A DNA stretch of 64,000 bases from an uncultured Chthonomonadaceae bacterium (lineage in GTDB: Bacteria > Armatimonadota > Chthonomonadetes > Chthonomonadales > Chthonomonadaceae): NCBI GenBank assembly GCA_963817895.1, contig CAWFQB010000001.1, positions 672,001-736,000 of the forward strand. The letters run 5' to 3'. Below, one piece after another: positions 60,689 to 64,000 of this stretch. Position numbers and translations under genes: made by a program. The notes beneath the pieces are model-generated. The model did no database searches, had not been told where the DNA came from, and saw only the letters and a list, made by a program, of their open reading frames with translations. The first letter of the stretch is position 1, and each line of letters begins with the position of its first letter.

Positions 60689-61726
60689 ATGCCAGACAAG
60701 AAACTCCGCGTGGGCATTATCGGCAGCGGCAGCATCGCCACCCATCGCCACGCGCCCGAATACGCCCTCAACCCCGATGTGGAAATCGTCGCGTTCGTGG
60801 ATCGCGTGCCGGAGCGGGCGGAAAAACTCGCCAAAAAGTACGACGCCAAAGCGTTCAGCAAAGCCGAAGATATTCTGAACATCAAAGACATGGACGCGGT
60901 AAGCGTTTGTACCCCCAACGCCTTCCACGCGCCCCTGACCATTGCCGCGTTTCAGGCCGGCAAGCACGTTCTGTGCGAAAAGCCGATGGCGACCAGCGCG
61001 GAAGAGGCCAAATCCATGATCTCCGCGTCTCAGGCGGCAGGCAAATTCCTGATGATCGGGCATAATCAGCGGCTCGCGCCCCTGCACGTCAAGGCGAAAG
61101 AACTGATTTCCAACGGCACGATTGGCAAAGTAATCAGTTTCCGCACCAGTTTCTCGCACCCCGGCCCGGAAAGCTGGAGCATCGAGGGCGCGACCGGCTG
61201 GTTCTTCGACAAAAAGCAGGCATTTGTCGGCACGATGGGCGACCTGGGCGTTCACAAGGCCGATTTAGTCCGCTGGCTGCTCGGCGAGGAAATCGTAGAA
61301 GTGGCCTCGATGGTGGAGCATCTGGAAAAACCGATGGGCGACGTGGACGACAACGCCGTGTGCCTGCTGAAATCGCAGACGGGCGCTATCGGCACATTAA
61401 CGGCTTCGTGGACGCACTATCCGGGCGAGGACAACGCCACCTATCTCTTCGGCAGCAAGGGGCATATCCGCATAGGAGCCGACCCGAAGTTCAGCGTGAT
61501 GTGTTTCCTGAAAACGGGGGAAAAGCAGTATTTTGAAGTGGGCGCGATGCAGACCAACGAGGGCGGCGGGCAAAGCGATACGGGCGTTATCCTCGCCTTC
61601 GTAACCAGCATCCTGACCAACACGCCCCCGGCTATCAGCGGCGACGAGGGCCGCAAAGCCCTCGCCATCATCCTCGCCTGCCTGAAGTCCTCGGAAACCA
61701 AGCAGTTCGTCAAGGTAGAAATTTAG
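60689..61726 (+). CDS. Gfo/Idh/MocA oxidoreductase
   Basis: GIIGSGSIA, TPNAFH, GKHVLCEKPMA, DLGVH. Confidence 0.92.
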   Translation: MPDKKLRVGIIGSGSIATHRHAPEYALNPDVEIVAFVDRVPERAEKLAKKYDAKAFSKAEDILNIKDMDAVSVCTPNAFHAPLTIAAFQAGKHVLCEKPMATSAEEAKSMISASQAAGKFLMIGHNQRLAPLHVKAKELISNGTIGKVISFRTSFSHPGPESWSIEGATGWFFDKKQAFVGTMGDLGVHKADLVRWLLGEEIVEVASMVEHLEKPMGDVDDNAVCLLKSQTGAIGTLTASWTHYPGEDNATYLFGSKGHIRIGADPKFSVMCFLKTGEKQYFEVGAMQTNEGGGQSDTGVILAFVTSILTNTPPAISGDEGRKALAIILACLKSSETKQFVKVEI

Positions 61727-61727
61727 G

Positions 61728-61793
61728 AGAGAGGGGAACCGCAAAACTGTTCTTTTTCGTTTATTTCGTGTGTTTCGCGGTTCCCTCTTCTCC
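61728..61793. repeat. Imperfect hairpin with 9-nt TTTCGxxxx units after the oxidoreductase gene
   Basis: GAGGGGAACCGCAAAA...TTTCGTTTA TTTCGTGTG TTTCGCGGTTCCCTC. Confidence 0.45.
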
Positions 61794-61811
61794 TCAATGG
61801 GGTTAATGATT

Positions 61812-62807
61812 ATGCCGTTTGCCAGTTTTACGCTTCGCAGGAAACCTGTTCGCTCAAAATTTTGCGCCGCTTTCTCAATGGGCGTTGCGCTTGCCGTTTG
61901 CGCCCTGCCTGCGCTGCTTGCCGGGTGTAGCAGCCCCGTTGGTTATTCGTCGGGCGGCGCGACACTGCCCGTTACGTCAGGAACGCGCCTGCTGTTCGAT
62001 ACGCAGGCGTTTGCCGACAATGCGTTCACATCGGGAATTGACACCATTGCGCCGGACGGCAGCAATTTTCAGCGGCTCGTCAGCGACGCTTCAGCCGCAA
62101 TGCCCCGTTTCAGCGCGGATGGAACCAAACTTATCTATGAAGCGGGGTCAGGAACTGCCTCGCTTCTTGTTTCCAGCGCCGATGGTTCCAGCACTCGCGG
62201 GCTTGGGCCAGGGGGCGATGTTTCATTTCCCGCGTTTCGGCCTGACGGCAAAGTCGTTGTCTACGTAGGCAATTCCAAAGAACTGGCTACTGTGAACAGC
62301 GACGGCTCATCGTATCGTAAAATATACGCGCCCCCGGCAGGCTACAGCCTGTCCCATCCCGTTTACATGCCGGACGGAAACCGCATCGTCTTTGAGGTGG
62401 ACCCGAACCCGGAAACCAGCGACGCGCCGAAAGTATACGTTATCAATGCCGATGGCAGCAGCCGTCGTCAGGTCGGCTCGGACTTCAGCATAACGCCCGC
62501 CGTGAGTCCCGACGGTAAGCGCATCGCATACGGCGCGGTTGCCGAGAACAGCAGTACGACAACAAACTTGTTTGTAACCAACAGCAACGGAACAGGGCAA
62601 ACGACCGGGCCGCTTGCGTCCGCCGCCTCACATCCTGTTTTCAGCCCGGACGGCGCGAAAATCGCGTACCTCAAACTCGTAGACAGCAGCGCGTTTATCA
62701 ATAGCAGTCCCACCTGTGAGATTCACATTATCAACGTGGACGGCACGGGCGATATGCGCGTTGGCGCGAAACTGGCTGTCGGGACAAACTCGCTTGACTG
62801 GCGCTAA
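61812..62807 (+). CDS. TolB-like PD40 beta-propeller lipoprotein
   Basis: Lipobox LAGC; repeated P.FSPDG.KI.Y and NADG motifs. Confidence 0.85.
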   Translation: MPFASFTLRRKPVRSKFCAAFSMGVALAVCALPALLAGCSSPVGYSSGGATLPVTSGTRLLFDTQAFADNAFTSGIDTIAPDGSNFQRLVSDASAAMPRFSADGTKLIYEAGSGTASLLVSSADGSSTRGLGPGGDVSFPAFRPDGKVVVYVGNSKELATVNSDGSSYRKIYAPPAGYSLSHPVYMPDGNRIVFEVDPNPETSDAPKVYVINADGSSRRQVGSDFSITPAVSPDGKRIAYGAVAENSSTTTNLFVTNSNGTGQTTGPLASAASHPVFSPDGAKIAYLKLVDSSAFINSSPTCEIHIINVDGTGDMRVGAKLAVGTNSLDWR

Positions 62808-62841
62808 ATTCCCGGCGAGTACAACATGTTGGAGGAGCATA

Positions 62842-63645
62842 ATGGGTGAGATAAACAGGATAGAGGAAGCAACCGAAGCAAGCGCGTCCAATATTGCCGA
62901 GGCAGGCTCGGTTGCGGAGGTGAATGTGCTGTTGAGGCAGATACCGTTGTTCACGGCGTTTTCCTCACAGGTCGCGTCCGACATGGCGCGGCGCATGACG
63001 GAGCGCGTGTTGCCGGCGGGCGAAAACATTTTCCATCAGGGCGAAGTGGGACAGGAACTGCTGATTATTCAGCGCGGCAGCGTGAAAATATTCCTGCCCG
63101 ATGCCGACAACCCGGAAGAGGCCGTCCTCGCCATTCTCAATGACGGCGAGTTTTTCGGGGAACTGTCCCTGCTGGACGGGCAGCCGCGCAGCGCGTCCGC
63201 CGTAACCTTGCGGGAAACAACTCTGCTGTCGCTACAAAGGGAAGCCTTTTACCGGGCGCTGCATACGGATTACAGGGCCGTCGCGCATGTGATTTCCGTG
63301 TTGTGCCAGCGGCTTCGCGCAACGGATACGCGCCTTGCCGAATCCGCCTTCCGCGACGTTCGGGAACGGGTGGCAAAGTATCTCTGGCATCTGACGGAAC
63401 ACGATACGGAACCCACCTCCATCGGCCTGCGCGTGAAAACGCCGGTTTCCGAAGCGGAACTGGCGCGGGGCGTGGGCGCTACTGTGGAACGAGTGTGCGC
63501 CGAACTGAACCGTCTCAGCCGTGAACTGGTGATCGCCTGGCAGGAGGGTGAACTGACAATCCTCAAGCCGCACGACCTGCGCGATATGGCGCATGGCGGA
63601 AGCGCCAGCGCCGCCATCACGGTTCCCGACTGGCTGCTCGGTTAA
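62842..63645 (+). CDS. Crp/Fnr family transcriptional regulator
   Basis: IFHQGE, GEFFGELSLLDGQPRSASA, C-terminal HTH SEAELARGVGATVERV. Confidence 0.9.
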   Translation: MGEINRIEEATEASASNIAEAGSVAEVNVLLRQIPLFTAFSSQVASDMARRMTERVLPAGENIFHQGEVGQELLIIQRGSVKIFLPDADNPEEAVLAILNDGEFFGELSLLDGQPRSASAVTLRETTLLSLQREAFYRALHTDYRAVAHVISVLCQRLRATDTRLAESAFRDVRERVAKYLWHLTEHDTEPTSIGLRVKTPVSEAELARGVGATVERVCAELNRLSRELVIAWQEGELTILKPHDLRDMAHGGSASAAITVPDWLLG

Positions 63646-63658
63646 ACAATGTTGGTCA

Positions 63659-64000
63659 TCACTGTAGGTCGGGTTCGCGGCGGACGCGCACGGCGACTTC
63701 CATGTGGGAGGAGGGGCCGCGATACACGCCGCGCACGGGCAGCACATCGCCATAATCGCGGCCATAATGCGATTTGATGTAATACTCATTGGTGACAAGG
63801 TTGTTGGTGGGGTCGAAGCCGCGCCATTTGCCGTCCGGCATTAAACATTCCACCCAGGCGTGCATGGCGTTGCCGCCAACCAGTTCTTCCTCTTCGTCGT
63901 TGAGAGTGGGCAGCGTGTCCAACGCGACATTGCCGCCCCTGTCCTCCCGTTCCCACTCGGATTGGCTGAACCTGCCCGCTCCACCAAAGGAATTCACTTC
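63659..64000 (-). CDS. Transglutaminase-like protein (C-terminal part only)
   Basis: MHAWVEC...WRGFDPTNN...GRDYGDV.PVRGV. Confidence 0.85.
   Translation of the reverse strand, partial: EVNSFGGAGRFSQSEWEREDRGGNVALDTLPTLNDEEEELVGGNAMHAWVECLMPDGKWRGFDPTNNLVTNEYYIKSHYGRDYGDVLPVRGVYRGPSSHMEVAVRVRREPDLQ

Overview
GC-rich bacterial chromosomal segment, probably Armatimonadota. This is an inference from the H-X9-DG prepilin-type gene and the TonB, FHA and AAA_35 content. Many conserved genes (radA, der, kinases, ABC transporter, TonB receptor) are split by single-base frameshifts, which suggests an unpolished long-read consensus rather than real pseudogenes. Housekeeping genes are radA, der, addA-like helicase, parA, parB, flgM, sahR-like regulator, ahcY and exbB-exbD-tonB-receptor. 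Main observations: (1) A ~21.5 kb signalling island (10.6-32.1 kb). A SARP/BTAD-AAA_35 gene and an AAA_35-TM-WD40 gene point away from a nine-gene ankyrin/FHA-ABC/FHA/PP2C/Ser-Thr kinase operon, with SARP-like heptamer direct repeats in the shared promoter. (2) A sigma28 promoter followed by a c-di-GMP-I riboswitch and flgM, next to an EAL phosphodiesterase gene. (3) A CruR/DUF2946-like CxxC...RAPP leader ORF ahead of the whole exbBD-tonB-receptor operon. (4) A family of inverted heptamer-tandem elements that supply start or stop codons and enter coding sequence. (5) Two tandem pairs of small proteins with shared motifs (GGTPxFNExTG and AGYYTGP). No rRNA, tRNA, CRISPR array or transposase was found. 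All family assignments are by eye from motifs; no database searches were run.
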